Shown: positions 1 to 10,695, counted from the first letter of the stretch. The stretch is DNA of 64,000 bases from Candidatus Binatia bacterium (GCA_963666315.2 CAXXHG010000036.1:32001-96000); one strand, 5' to 3'. Program-made: numbers and translations. Notes: generated from the letters alone by a model not told the origin.

Positions 1-2624
1 TGTCGAACGCAACGCAGCTTGAGACGTCTGGCAGATCAAAACACGCGGAGCAAGCAGGGCCTACAGGCCACCCAAACCGGCTGCTCCTTACACTTGAGAA
101 CGGCCTGCAAGTGGCTATTCAAGAGGATCATTTTGCGCCGGTCGTGGCCATCCAAATATGGGTCAAGGCCGGTAGCGCGGATGAAACCCCGGATGTAGCC
201 GGTGCTGCCCACGTCCATGAACACATGCTCTTTAAGGGCACGACACGCAGGCCGGTTGGCGCGATTGCAGCGGAAATCGAATCGTCAGGCGGCAATATCA
301 ATGCGTTTACTACAGCGGATCATACCGTCTACTACATCGTCCTGGCGTCTCGCCATTTCTCGACCGGACTCGATATTCTGACCGATGCCATCCAAAACTC
401 TACGTTTGATGCCAACGAGCTGGACAAAGAACTCAAGGTCGTCATGGAAGAGTGGAAACGCGGTGAGGATTCGCCCACGAGCCGGGCGGCAACCGAACTC
501 TTTGAGATCGCCTATACGCAACACCCCTACGGGCGGCCGGTCATCGGCTATCGGGAAACGGTTGAGGCCCTCAATCGGGACCGGGTCGTGCACTTCTACC
601 AACGCTGGTATCACCCCAACAATATGACCTTGGTCATTGTCGGCGACATCGACCAAGAAGCAGCACGCCAGGAAGTCGTACGCTTTTTTGCGCATAAACC
701 GCAGACCGCATTGCCGGTCCGGCCGCGCCCGCCTGAGCCTGCCCAGACCGAGCTACGCCTATCGGTTATCGACATGAACGTCGAGGAATTCTATTTCTAT
801 CTGGGCTTTCCTCTGCCACCGGCCGAACATGAAGATATCTTTGCCCTCGATCTACTCAGCTTTATCGTAGGTGGAGGAGAAAGCTCGCCGCTCATACAAA
901 AGCTGCAAGCCGAACAAGAATCGGTGAATTGGATCACAGCCAGCGCCTACACGCCCGCAGACTCCGGGCTCTTCATCGTCGCCGCGGCTCTTGAACAGGA
1001 GAAAATTCAAAACGCTCTTGAGCAAAGCCTCGCTCTCCTGTTCCAGTATAAACACAAGCTCGTGTCTCAGACCGAACTCGACCGTGCGCGTACAAATCTG
1101 GCCAGTGATTTTGTGTATCGGCGCGAAACCGTTCAAGGCCAAGCCCGCCAGCTGGGCTATTTCCTCACCGTCTTCTCTGATCCTGATTATGAGCAACGCT
1201 ATCTGAGTGGTTTAGCCGCTGTCACAGCGCAGGACATTCAGCGTGTCGCACGCCAGTATATCACCGCCACGACAGTGAACGCAGTCATCCTCGGCAAGAC
1301 GGATGGGGTGACACTCCCCACCGCAGCAGACATGACCCTGTTGTGTCAGCGGCTAGACCAGCCACCTGCTCAGAACAGCTCACCGGCTTCTGACGGAAGT
1401 GGAGTAACGGTCACGCGCCTCGATAATGGTGTCCGCATTCTGCTGAAAGAACATCATGGGGTACCCGTGATGGCGATTCAGGCTGCCACACTCGGGGGTT
1501 TACTCTTCGAGCAGGACGAAAACGCGGGTATTAACAATCTGATCGCGGGCATGCTGACACGCGGCAGCCAGCGATTCTCGCGTCTCAGCCTGGCGGAAAC
1601 GGTCGAGTCGTTCGCCGGAGGAATAAACGGATTCTCAGGACGTAACAGCTTGGGCTTGTCCGGCTCGTTCCTCACCACCCATACGAATGAAGGCGTCGAT
1701 ATTTTCCTTGAGACCTTATTGCACCCGACCTTTCCGGATGACGAGGTTGAAAAACGGCGACGTGAGGTCTTACTGGCACTCAAGAATCGTGACGATGATC
1801 TGGCGCAAATCGCCTTCGACTTGTTTTATCAGACGCTGTACACGACCCATCCGTATCGTCGTTTGACGCTCGGCCATGCGGACAGCATTAACGCCATAAC
1901 GCGAGAGCAGATGCGTACGTATTACGGCACCTTGCTTGATCCCGAACGCCTGGTCGTCAGCGTGGTCGGCGATATCGATACCACCCAGCTGGTTGATCGG
2001 CTCAGCGCCGCCCTGTCCACGCTCCCAGCCGTCACTGCCCCCTTAGCCCTGCCAGAGACAGAGCCCCGACCAAGCACTGAGCGCAGCGCAACCAGAGGCG
2101 CAGATAAACAGCAAGCTCACATTGTTCTGGGTTTTCAAGGCCTGACGCTTGACAACCCGGATCGTTATGCCCTCAAAGTTCTGGATACGATTCTTTCTCG
2201 GCAGGGTGGACGGCTCTTTTACGAGGTCCGCGAGCAACGTGCCTTGGCGTATTCGGTCACCGCTTTTAACGTGGAAGGACTCGCTCCAGGCGTGTTTGGC
2301 ATCTATTTGGGCACCGATCCGAGCAATATTGATGAGGCTATCAGCACAACTCAAACAGAACTGTCTCGACTGCGCAACGAAACTGTCGGCTCGGATGAAT
2401 TAGAGCAGGCCAAAAAATATATGACCGGCAGCTACGAAATCTCTTTGCAGTCGAACGGGGCACAGTCCGAAGAGTTGGTTTTCAATGAGCTCTACGGCCT
2501 GGGGTATAATAACGGCCGCGCCTATCTGGCTGGAATTGAACGGGTCACGCCAACAGACCTGCAGCGCGTGGCCAACACTTACCTCGATCCCAGCGGCCAA
2601 ACGCTCGTCATTGTTGGACGCTAA
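1..2624 (+). CDS. M16 (pitrilysin-like) zinc protease, two-lobed; start at or just before the window edge
   Basis: HxxEH motif (AHVHEHMLFKG), NAFT motif, second lobe with RLDNG. The frame is open back to base 3 (..TLENGLQVAIQEDH). Confidence 0.92.
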   Translation, partial: SNATQLETSGRSKHAEQAGPTGHPNRLLLTLENGLQVAIQEDHFAPVVAIQIWVKAGSADETPDVAGAAHVHEHMLFKGTTRRPVGAIAAEIESSGGNINAFTTADHTVYYIVLASRHFSTGLDILTDAIQNSTFDANELDKELKVVMEEWKRGEDSPTSRAATELFEIAYTQHPYGRPVIGYRETVEALNRDRVVHFYQRWYHPNNMTLVIVGDIDQEAARQEVVRFFAHKPQTALPVRPRPPEPAQTELRLSVIDMNVEEFYFYLGFPLPPAEHEDIFALDLLSFIVGGGESSPLIQKLQAEQESVNWITASAYTPADSGLFIVAAALEQEKIQNALEQSLALLFQYKHKLVSQTELDRARTNLASDFVYRRETVQGQARQLGYFLTVFSDPDYEQRYLSGLAAVTAQDIQRVARQYITATTVNAVILGKTDGVTLPTAADMTLLCQRLDQPPAQNSSPASDGSGVTVTRLDNGVRILLKEHHGVPVMAIQAATLGGLLFEQDENAGINNLIAGMLTRGSQRFSRLSLAETVESFAGGINGFSGRNSLGLSGSFLTTHTNEGVDIFLETLLHPTFPDDEVEKRRREVLLALKNRDDDLAQIAFDLFYQTLYTTHPYRRLTLGHADSINAITREQMRTYYGTLLDPERLVVSVVGDIDTTQLVDRLSAALSTLPAVTAPLALPETEPRPSTERSATRGADKQQAHIVLGFQGLTLDNPDRYALKVLDTILSRQGGRLFYEVREQRALAYSVTAFNVEGLAPGVFGIYLGTDPSNIDEAISTTQTELSRLRNETVGSDELEQAKKYMTGSYEISLQSNGAQSEELVFNELYGLGYNNGRAYLAGIERVTPTDLQRVANTYLDPSGQTLVIVGR

Positions 2625-2628
2625 TATA

Positions 2629-2658
2629 GGGCTGGGGGTTAGGGATTAGGGACTGGGG
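2629..2658 (+). repeat. G-tract array (GGGCTGGGGGTTAGGGATTAGGGACTGGGG), G-quadruplex-capable
   Basis: Five G-runs starting 4 nt after the stop codon; complementary C-rich tract at 2760-2785. Confidence 0.75.
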
Positions 2659-2677
2659 ACAATCTGAGAAATACAGT

Positions 2678-3697
2678 ATGAGTTGCAGGATGCCCGAAGG
2701 GGATCCCCGGAGTAAATCCGGTTGTCTTCCATCCCCCACTCTTCCCCAGCCTCCTTCGACCCCAGTCCCTCCTACCCCAGCCCCTGCTCAGCGCTGGCTG
2801 TGTGTTTCCGTAGCAGTCCCACATGATACGGTAGACGCAGTCGCAAATTTTTTTGTCGAACTCGGATCGAGCGGCATCGTCGAAGGGGAATACGCACCAA
2901 GCGCTCCGCTGCCGCCAACTACGACAGTCCAAGGATTTTTCCCAGAACATCAAGACTCAGCCATCCTCCGAGAGCGTCTGACGAAGTATCTGCAAAGTCT
3001 CGCGGCTTTGCATCTTTTGCCTCCTTCGCATCTTAGTTTAGGCCGGAGCAGGCCTCAGTGTGACATTATCAGCAGCGACGCCTGGCAGGAGCAATGGAAA
3101 GGTCATTTCCCTCCACTATGTGTCGGTCAGCGTTTACTCGTACTTCCACCCTGGGAGCCGCAGCCAGATCAACCCGACCGGCATTGCATTGTCATTAACC
3201 CGAGTATGGCTTTTGGTACCGGACACCATGCCACTACGCACACCTGCCTGGAAACCTTAGAGTCGCTGTGCATACAAGGCGGTCCACCCGAGCGGGCACT
3301 CGATCTTGGCACCGGATCCGGCATCTTGGCCATCGCATTGGCCAAGCTTGGGTCTGGGGCGATTTGGGCAACCGATATTGATCCGGACGCCCTCGTCGAG
3401 GCGCGCCGAAACGCAACCGTCAACCAGGTAGCAGACGCGCTCCACATCAGCGCGACCGCGCTCGACGCCCTGCCCCTGCCCTTTCCTCTCGTCATCGCCA
3501 ACCTGTTTGCCTCGACCCTCATAGAACTGAGTCTCCCGCTTACCAGCGCAGTCGCCAGCTCAGGACATGCGATCTTGTCCGGTATCCAGGCTGACCAAGA
3601 AGAAACCGTACGCCACGCCTTTTGTTCTCCGGCCTGGACCCTGACAAAGCGACTCCCCAAAGAGGAATGGGTGACGTTGGTCTTGCGTCGGAACTAA
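2678..3697 (+). CDS. prmA: 50S ribosomal protein L11 methyltransferase
   Basis: INPSMAFGTGHHATT, LDLGTGSGILAIA, ILSGI motifs; followed by rsmE. Confidence 0.93.
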   Translation: MSCRMPEGDPRSKSGCLPSPTLPQPPSTPVPPTPAPAQRWLCVSVAVPHDTVDAVANFFVELGSSGIVEGEYAPSAPLPPTTTVQGFFPEHQDSAILRERLTKYLQSLAALHLLPPSHLSLGRSRPQCDIISSDAWQEQWKGHFPPLCVGQRLLVLPPWEPQPDQPDRHCIVINPSMAFGTGHHATTHTCLETLESLCIQGGPPERALDLGTGSGILAIALAKLGSGAIWATDIDPDALVEARRNATVNQVADALHISATALDALPLPFPLVIANLFASTLIELSLPLTSAVASSGHAILSGIQADQEETVRHAFCSPAWTLTKRLPKEEWVTLVLRRN

Positions 3698-3725
3698 GAA
3701 TTCGGTCCAAAAGATTCGATTTTGC

Positions 3726-4487
3726 ATGCGACGCTTCTTCATCTCTTCGTACGCTCTCATAACAAACCGCGGGCAGCTCAGCGTGCAGATGAGCGGTCCG
3801 GAATTTCACCATCTTCGCCATGTCCTTCGCCTCGATGTCGGCGCGCAGATTGCCTTATACGATGAACGCGGAACGACCTATCACGGCACCCTGACTCACC
3901 TGGCCAAGGATCACGCCGAGGTGAGACTTACGGACACAGTTCCTCCGTCTGCACCAACATTTCGCCTCACGCTGGCCCAAAGTGTTCTCAAGGGCAGCAA
4001 AATGGATCTCGTGGTTGAAAAAGCCACTGAGCTCGGGGTCCATACCATCATTCCTTTTTTCTCGGACTTTACCGTGGCACGTATTCCATCAGCCAAACAG
4101 GCTGAGCGCGTGGCCCGCTGGCGGCGTCTTGCCCAAGCCGCCGCCAAACAATCCGGCAGTCGACTACCGGAGATCGCCTCACCCCTGTCTTTTGAAACGC
4201 TGTTACACTCCAGCCCCTCTCATGCGCTAAAGGTGATCTGCTCAGAGCGCGAACACAACATCCACCTCAAAGCATTTGCGGAAGACTTTCCTACCCCGGA
4301 TGCAGTCTGGATTGCCGTCGGCCCGGAAGGCGGATTTTCCAGCCAAGAGATGGAGCACGCACGCGCAGCAGGCTACGTACCCCTGAGTCTGGGTCCCTCC
4401 GTCCTGCGCGCGGAAACCGCCAGCATGAGCGCTGTGGCATTGTGCCAGTTTCTCTGGCGTGACATCCAATTTCCCCCCTTGCCTTAA
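3726..4487 (+). CDS. rsmE: 16S rRNA m3U1498 methyltransferase
   Basis: HHLRHVLR, EKATELGV, VGPEGGFS, LRAETA motifs. Confidence 0.95.
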   Translation: MRRFFISSYALITNRGQLSVQMSGPEFHHLRHVLRLDVGAQIALYDERGTTYHGTLTHLAKDHAEVRLTDTVPPSAPTFRLTLAQSVLKGSKMDLVVEKATELGVHTIIPFFSDFTVARIPSAKQAERVARWRRLAQAAAKQSGSRLPEIASPLSFETLLHSSPSHALKVICSEREHNIHLKAFAEDFPTPDAVWIAVGPEGGFSSQEMEHARAAGYVPLSLGPSVLRAETASMSAVALCQFLWRDIQFPPLP

Positions 4488-4560
4488 TGGTTGCGAATAC
4501 CTAGCATGCCGCTCCTGGAAGTAAGGGGAGTTGAACGCTCTCGAACAGGAGGCAGACAGC

Positions 4561-5535
4561 ATGCACGGCTTGCGTTTCGCTTTTATCATGGATCCGATTC
4601 AGCACGTCTTGATTGATAAGGATACGACCTTTGCTTTTATGCTTGAAGCTCAGGCGCGGGCGCATGACGTCTGGTATCTTGAGCTGTCTGATTTGTTTAT
4701 TGATCGCGCACGGGCAATGGGCCGAGCACGGCGGATTGAACTGCGACGCCATCTGCATAACCATTTTACGTTTGGTGAAGAACAGACCGGTCCTTTAGGG
4801 GATTTTGACGCGATCTTTATGCGCAAAGACCCGCCTTTTGACATTGCCTATTTGCACGCAACTCAACTGCTCGATCTTGCCCAAAATGAAGGCGCATTCG
4901 TACTCAATAATCCAACAGGACTGCGTACGGCAAATGAAAAGCTGTATGCGCTCAACTTCCCCAGTGTCATTCCAGCAACCCTGGTCTCGCACGAGGCAAC
5001 CAGGTTGAAAACATTTCTCGAAGAGCTGGGCGGAGAGATGATTATTAAACCCATAGACGGGCATGGCGGCGCGGGCATCTTTCACGTGCACCGGGATGAC
5101 CGCAATCTGAACTCCATCCTGGAGACCGCAACCAAAGACGGCCGCAAGCCGATTATTGCCCAGCAATATCTTCCCGAGGCACGCCAAGGTGACAAACGCC
5201 TGATTGTTCTCAATGGAGAACCGCTCGGCTGCACCTTGCGCGTCCCCCGAGCGGATGAAAACCGGGGCAATATTCATGTAGGCGGGACGTGTGTGAAAGC
5301 GGAGGTGACAGACAGAGATAAAGAAATCTGCCGTACGGTCGCCCCGTGGCTGCAACGCGACGGACTCTATTTTGTCGGGCTGGATATCATCGGAGAATCT
5401 TTGACCGAGGTGAACGTCACAAGCCCAACCTGCGTTCAGGAAATTAATCGTCTCAACAACGCCTGCCTTGAAGCCCAGGTTATTAATTTTGTTGAGCAGC
5501 AGGTTGCAAATCAGGTTACAAAACAGCCCCACTAA
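4561..5535 (+). CDS. gshB: Glutathione synthetase
   Basis: FIMDPI, KDTT, FMRKDPPFD, NEKL, GDKR, EVNVTSPT; rsmE-gshB adjacency. Confidence 0.95.
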   Translation: MHGLRFAFIMDPIQHVLIDKDTTFAFMLEAQARAHDVWYLELSDLFIDRARAMGRARRIELRRHLHNHFTFGEEQTGPLGDFDAIFMRKDPPFDIAYLHATQLLDLAQNEGAFVLNNPTGLRTANEKLYALNFPSVIPATLVSHEATRLKTFLEELGGEMIIKPIDGHGGAGIFHVHRDDRNLNSILETATKDGRKPIIAQQYLPEARQGDKRLIVLNGEPLGCTLRVPRADENRGNIHVGGTCVKAEVTDRDKEICRTVAPWLQRDGLYFVGLDIIGESLTEVNVTSPTCVQEINRLNNACLEAQVINFVEQQVANQVTKQPH

Positions 5536-5571
5536 TATGGTCTCTATTTGGTCACTGTAGATGCGCGTTTA

Positions 5572-5646
5572 TGCTTCGACAGGCTCAGCACGAACGGGGC
5601 AACCCACGGCAAGCCCATTCCCGTTCACCCTGAGCTTCTCGAAGGG
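5572..5646. repeat. REP-like element (CTTCGACAGGCTCAG...GAACGG...CCGTTC...CTGAGC...CGAAG family)
   Basis: Nested inverted repeats; related copy at 34876-34978 and partial copy inside 33595-33753. Confidence 0.75.
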
Positions 5647-5687
5647 GGCGAGCAGCAGGGACACCAGCCGTATGCACGCTCACGCCT

Positions 5688-6395
5688 ATGCCGGATAGCG
5701 GTCAAGAAAACGCGACCGCCCTGTGGTCACTGCACGCAAGAGAGGTCTTGTATTCCTTTCTGGCTGGAATATTCTTAACCTCGCTTACCTTAGGGAATAT
5801 TATAGGCATCACCAAGTTTGTCGATCTGGGTTGGTTTGTGATTCCAGTCGGGTTGTTGGCGTACCCGTTTACCTTCCTGGCGACCGACCTTATCAGCGAA
5901 CTCTACGGTCGACGACGGGCGCAGTCCCTCGTCTGGGTCGGCTTGGGCATGAATTTTTTCATGCTTTTCTTGATGTGGTTTGGCCATGTGTTGCCGGATG
6001 CCTCTGAGGTGTCAGGCGCATCTGCAACATTTGACACGGTCTATACCTTTATGAAGCCAGGGGTCATCGCCTCCATGATCGCCTATCTGGTGGCCCAATC
6101 CGTGGACGTACAGCTGTTCCACTTCTGGCGACGACTCACCAAGGGGCGCCACTTGTGGCTGCGTAATAATGGCTCAACCATGCTCAGCCAAGTCGTAGAC
6201 ACCATGCTGATCTTATCGATTTTGTACGCTTCGGGCGGTCTTGGTTCGGCAATTGATTCCGTGGACAAGCTCATTCCGCTTGCTCTGTCCTCGTACTCTT
6301 TTAAGCTTGTCTTCGCCTTGCTCGATACGCCACTGTTTTATTTGGGCGTGTATTGTTTGCAGTCTCGCTTCCCCGTTATCGACGACGATGCTTAG
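5688..6395 (+). CDS. Queuosine precursor transporter (VUT/YhhQ family)
   Basis: YPFTFLATDLISELYG, ASMIAYLVAQ, LWLRNNGSTMLSQVVDT, LDTPLFY. Confidence 0.9.
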   Translation: MPDSGQENATALWSLHAREVLYSFLAGIFLTSLTLGNIIGITKFVDLGWFVIPVGLLAYPFTFLATDLISELYGRRRAQSLVWVGLGMNFFMLFLMWFGHVLPDASEVSGASATFDTVYTFMKPGVIASMIAYLVAQSVDVQLFHFWRRLTKGRHLWLRNNGSTMLSQVVDTMLILSILYASGGLGSAIDSVDKLIPLALSSYSFKLVFALLDTPLFYLGVYCLQSRFPVIDDDA

Positions 6396-6531
6396 CTCAT
6401 AGGGTTAGATTTCAGACCGTCCCAAAGCCGTCTCGTCGCTGGGCTTGCCAAGAAACCAGATTAACTGATAAAAAATGCCCCACGACTTTTGGGGTAATAC
6501 TACTTCGGAAGTCGCGCATCGTCCCAAATGT

Positions 6532-6604
<73 letters not shown>

Positions 6605-6910
6605 CACTCTTTCCTCATATTCAACAGATATTTAGGACTTTTTCGTAGGCAAGCTCTTCTGAGGTAGGGTAGCTAATACCCTGGTTCGTCCCGATCTTTT
6701 GTGGGGAGGGGATGAGAGATGCCGGGCAGCTTCTCTCAGATCGGTCTCACAGACCAAGACAGTCCACAAGCGGATGTTCAGGCTTGCCCTCATTATAGCC
6801 ATTCTTGGGCACGTTCCCTCGCTATTGAAACGTGACTGCTATAGCGGGGGCGTATTGTCATATGCCCCCGCTTCCTTTCTTTCCTGTATAGCAATCGCTA
6901 TACTTCCCCG

Positions 6911-7171
6911 ATGCGGGAGGCTATCTTTGCCGATTCGGCCTTTCAGCACGGATATACGGAAGATGATTTCTATGAGGTAATCGTAAGCCGGCCGCTCAAA
7001 ATTCGGAGCCAACGCGGCCTCGATGCCGTGTTTGAGCTGCTAGGACAAAATATGGCTGGCGATTATTTGCATATTGTCTACCAGATCTTGCTCGACGGAA
7101 CGGTACGAGTGTTTCATATCAACCGTATGACCGCAGCGCAGAAGCGCCGTTACCAGAGGATACGACGATGA
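6911..7171 (+). CDS. Putative BrnT/DUF4258-like toxin
   Basis: 86 aa; HG early, LLGQNMAGDYLHIVY, RVFHINRMTAAQKRRY; ATGA overlap with next gene. Confidence 0.65.
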   Translation: MREAIFADSAFQHGYTEDDFYEVIVSRPLKIRSQRGLDAVFELLGQNMAGDYLHIVYQILLDGTVRVFHINRMTAAQKRRYQRIRR

Positions 7172-7488
7172 GTACCAAGAAACCGACAATACCCCGATTG
7201 CGGAAAACCGCGAGCGATGAAGTGATCATCCGATGGACCAAGACCCATGATGTCTTCGACCGCATGGAAGCAGGTGTCGCCCAAGTGCTCGAGGACCACA
7301 GCGATTTAGCGGATTTGCTCGAAGCAGCGCTACGCCAGCACAACACTGCCCAGCTCAACATGCGGATTCCCCCAGCCATGAAAGCCATTCTCAGTCGGCT
7401 CGCCCGCGAACGCACGACCGACGCTACCACGCTGGCCCGCATCTGGTTGGCTGAGCGCCTCCAGCAAGAACTCAAGGTCCATCCGTAA
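7168..7488 (+). CDS. Putative CopG/RHH antitoxin
   Basis: W..HD motif and C-terminal RHH-like QLNMRIPPAMKAILSRLARER..TTLARIWLAERL. Confidence 0.65.
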   Translation: MSTKKPTIPRLRKTASDEVIIRWTKTHDVFDRMEAGVAQVLEDHSDLADLLEAALRQHNTAQLNMRIPPAMKAILSRLARERTTDATTLARIWLAERLQQELKVHP

Positions 7489-7588
7489 TCAGCTCTCCTT
7501 TAGGCTCGATTACCTTTCCCCTTTCCCCTGCCCTCCTCAGAGCCGACAAGGGTAGGCATAAGTCCGAACGACATTGGAATTCCACTCA

Positions 7589-7621
7589 GTAACCTGGATA
7601 GAACGGAGTGGAATCCGGGGA
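7589..7621. repeat. GTAG-type REP, degenerate (GTAACCTGGATAGAACGGAGTGGAATCCGGGGA)
   Basis: Similar to the element at 36506-36563. Confidence 0.5.
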
Positions 7622-7744
7622 ATGCATGCGAACGCTTCCTCCCGGTCCGTGAGGAAAAAGCGGCAGTCAGAACTACAGTGGAGAGCCATATAAATATATG
7701 GCTATATCTCTGGCCATTTGCCATAATCATGCTATCCTCTCTCC

Positions 7745-8035
7745 ATGGATCGGACGCGGTTTGAGTGGGACGAGAATAAAAACCGCCAGCACCAGGAGAA
7801 GCATGCGATCGCATTTGAAGCCGCCCAGTACGCCTTCGCTGATCAGCATCGCATAATCGCCAAAGACCTGCCCCATAGTCAGGACGAGCAACGCTATTAT
7901 TGTTTTGGCAAGGTCGGCGCTGGCATTCTCACCGTACGGTTTACCTACAGAGGGAGCGTTATTCGTATTATCGGCGCTGGGTATTGGCGGAAAGGAAAAC
8001 GGATTTATGAAAAAGAAAATCACATACACAGATGA
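7745..8035 (+). CDS. BrnT family toxin
   Basis: FEWDENKN..HQEKHAIAFE, HSQDEQRY, IRIIGAGYWRK. Confidence 0.9.
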   Translation: MDRTRFEWDENKNRQHQEKHAIAFEAAQYAFADQHRIIAKDLPHSQDEQRYYCFGKVGAGILTVRFTYRGSVIRIIGAGYWRKGKRIYEKENHIHR

Positions 8036-8240
8036 GCCGTTGGGCGATGTCCAAGTCGTGGAGGATTTTTTACCCCCGCCTGAGCAATTGTTGTTCAAGG
8101 AAGCGAACGTTAAAGTTACGCTCTCGTTAAGTAAATCGAGTGTTCATTTCTTCAAACAAACTGCCGCTGCCAACCACGTTTCCTATCAGCAAATGATCCG
8201 TCGCTTACTCGACCTCTATGTCGCTCGGCATCAACAATAG
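8007..8240 (+). CDS. CopG/BrnA-type antitoxin
   Basis: Overlaps brnT; DFLPPPEQL, KVTLSLS, YQQMIRRLLD. Confidence 0.85.
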   Translation: MKKKITYTDEPLGDVQVVEDFLPPPEQLLFKEANVKVTLSLSKSSVHFFKQTAAANHVSYQQMIRRLLDLYVARHQQ

Positions 8241-8272
8241 GAGATCTTGTTTCAAAGGGAGTACACCAACTC

Positions 8273-8500
8273 ATGACGGTTGACCGGATCAGCGTAGACC
8301 CCAATATTTGTCTGGGACAGCCGACTATTCGAGGCACCCGGATTACAGTCTCGGTTATCTTACGCATGATCGCCTGGGGCATGGCGTGCCAGGAAATCGC
8401 ACAAGACTATCCGGAACTGAGCGAGGAGGATGTCCAACAGGCAGCTGCTTACGGTGCGTGGTTGGCATCCGAGCAGTCGCGCGCCCTCCCCTTGCCATGA
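8273..8500 (+). CDS. DUF433 family (antitoxin-like) protein, no partner gene
   Basis: RISVDPNICLGQPTIRGTRITV..YPEL motif. Confidence 0.9.
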   Translation: MTVDRISVDPNICLGQPTIRGTRITVSVILRMIAWGMACQEIAQDYPELSEEDVQQAAAYGAWLASEQSRALPLP

Positions 8501-8520
8501 TCTCGGTACAATAATGTCAT

Positions 8521-10257
8521 TTAATTCCGCGGAATTCGGATCTCTTCAACCATGTCTTGGACTTGTTGCGGTGGTGGGCTGGTACGAGACGAGATGGCGA
8601 GAGAAACGCCAAAATTGAGCAACATGCCAACCCCACCAATACCTTCGGGAGAGATGCCCCACAGCCAGTGCGCAGCGGTATTGGCTTCGGGGTGTATAAA
8701 TTTGAAATAGATAATATAGGCGGCCGTAAAGCTCATGCCGGTGATCATCCCGGCAATTGCCCCGGCTCGGTTCATACGTTTGGAGAAAATTCCGAGGACA
8801 ATGACTGGGAAGAAGCTCGATGCCGCCAGACCGAAAGCAAAGGCCACGACTTGGGCCACAAACCCCGGCGGATGAACGCCGAAATAGCCGGCAATAATCA
8901 CCGCTACGGCCGCCGAGATGCGCGCATAGCGCAGCTCTTGCTTTTCAGTGATGTTTGGGCGGATCACCTTTTTCATCAGGTCGTGTGAGACCGACATCGA
9001 AAGGACAAGCAGTAATCCAGCCGCCGTAGACAGGGCAGCCGCTAGACCTCCGGCCGCAACGAGCGCAATGATCCAGGCGGGGAGCTGGGCAATTTCCGGA
9101 TTGGCCAGAACAATGATATCGCGGTCGATGCTCAGTTCGTTTCCGCTCCAGCCCTGGGCCGTAGCGCGCTGGGCAAATGCGGGATTCTGATCGTTATAAT
9201 ACTGGATGCGGCCATCCTGATTCTTATCGGAGAAACGAATCAGACCGGTTTCTTCCCATTTGGAGAACCAGTCCGGAACGCTTGCGTATTCCGTATTGTG
9301 AACACTGGTTAAGAGATTGATACGCGCGAACGCCGCAACGGCAGGAGCGGTCGCGTACAGGATGACAATGAACAATAAGGCCCAGCCCGCCGAGATGCGT
9401 GCATCTTTCACTCTCGGGACCGTAAAAAAACGGGTGATGACATGCGGCAGACCGGCAGTACCGACCATCAGCGAGAGGGTAATAAAAAAGACGTCGATAA
9501 TTGTTTTACTGCCCCGACCTGTATACGCGGCAAAACCGAGTTCCTGACTTAATCCGTCCAGCTTATCGAGCAGAAAGACCCCCGGCTCCGTACTCAGTTC
9601 CGCGCCAAAACCAATTTGGGGCAGCAGTGTATCGGTCAGCAGCAGAGAGATAAAAAAGGTGGGCAGCATATAGGCGAAGATCAGCACACAATACTGGGCG
9701 ACCTGAGTATAGGTAATGCTTTTTTGCCCGCCAGTCACGGTGTAGATGAATACGATGACCATGCCGATGACCACGCCCCATTCAACCGGCACTTCTAAAA
9801 AACGGGCAAACACCACCCCCACACCGCGCATCTGGCCAGCCACATACGTAAACGAGACAAAGATAGCGCAGACGAGGGCGACGACCCGAGCGGTCTGCGA
9901 GTAATACCGTTCGCCAACGAAATCCGGCACGGTATATTTACCAAACTTTCGCAAATACGCAGCCAGCAACAGGGCTAAGAGTACATAGCCGCCCGTCCAG
10001 CCCATCAGATACATCGCGCCATCACGCCCCAGGAAGGACATCATGCCGGCCATCGAGATAAACGAGGCCGCACTCATCCACCCGGCGGCTGTGGCCATGC
10101 CATTGGCCACGGCACCGACCTGTGAACCGGCAACATAAAAATCACTCATCGACTCGGCCTTGGCACGCCAGGCGATGCCAATATAGAGCGCAAACGAGAG
10201 ACCGACGATGATGAATGTCCAAATTTTGATAGGATCAGCCGCGCAGATGTCCGTCAC
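8521..10257 (-). CDS. Sodium:solute symporter (cation/acetate symporter ActP-like)
   Basis: NGMATAAGWMSAASFIS, GTAGLPHV; multiple TM helices; paired with DUF4212. Confidence 0.92.
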   Translation of the reverse strand: MTDICAADPIKIWTFIIVGLSFALYIGIAWRAKAESMSDFYVAGSQVGAVANGMATAAGWMSAASFISMAGMMSFLGRDGAMYLMGWTGGYVLLALLLAAYLRKFGKYTVPDFVGERYYSQTARVVALVCAIFVSFTYVAGQMRGVGVVFARFLEVPVEWGVVIGMVIVFIYTVTGGQKSITYTQVAQYCVLIFAYMLPTFFISLLLTDTLLPQIGFGAELSTEPGVFLLDKLDGLSQELGFAAYTGRGSKTIIDVFFITLSLMVGTAGLPHVITRFFTVPRVKDARISAGWALLFIVILYATAPAVAAFARINLLTSVHNTEYASVPDWFSKWEETGLIRFSDKNQDGRIQYYNDQNPAFAQRATAQGWSGNELSIDRDIIVLANPEIAQLPAWIIALVAAGGLAAALSTAAGLLLVLSMSVSHDLMKKVIRPNITEKQELRYARISAAVAVIIAGYFGVHPPGFVAQVVAFAFGLAASSFFPVIVLGIFSKRMNRAGAIAGMITGMSFTAAYIIYFKFIHPEANTAAHWLWGISPEGIGGVGMLLNFGVSLAISSRTSPPPQQVQDMVEEIRIPRN

Positions 10258-10574
10258 TGGGCCGCCCCTTCACTGCTCGCGTCTTGTTCGTGTTCATTTA
10301 TTTCTTGTTCTTCTAGGCCATAGGCGCGGTCCAAACGGTTCATCAGCCACACGTACACGAAGATCAAGATGACAAAGATATATAGAGAACCCTGTTGAGC
10401 CATCCAAAAGCCAAGGCGGAAGCCGCCCATACGGATTTCGTTCAGGTCGTCAACAAAAACTATCGATAGAACAAAAGAAACGATGAACCAGACAGTCAAT
10501 AAGCCCACGACGAAGATGAGATTCTTACGCCAGTAGGCACGCCGGTGCGTCTCAGACAAGGAGTGATTTTCCAT
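10254..10574 (-). CDS. DUF4212 small membrane subunit of the symporter
   Basis: YWRKNL, GFRLGFWMAQQGS motif; overlaps symporter start. Confidence 0.9.
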   Translation of the reverse strand: MENHSLSETHRRAYWRKNLIFVVGLLTVWFIVSFVLSIVFVDDLNEIRMGGFRLGFWMAQQGSLYIFVILIFVYVWLMNRLDRAYGLEEQEINEHEQDASSEGAAQ

Positions 10575-10695
10575 CTCGGCAGGCTACCATAATCATGGGG
10601 GTTGCATCACTCCTCTGCGCAGCCGGTACTACTCAGCGTCACAGATAGTTTTAAGACTGAAAATTCCCGTGTCGCCGAGAATAACATTCCTTTTT

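Noticed and set aside
2639-2651. Eukaryotic telomere contamination (TTAGGG)
   Set aside because: Only isolated copies within degenerate arrays embedded in bacterial operons.
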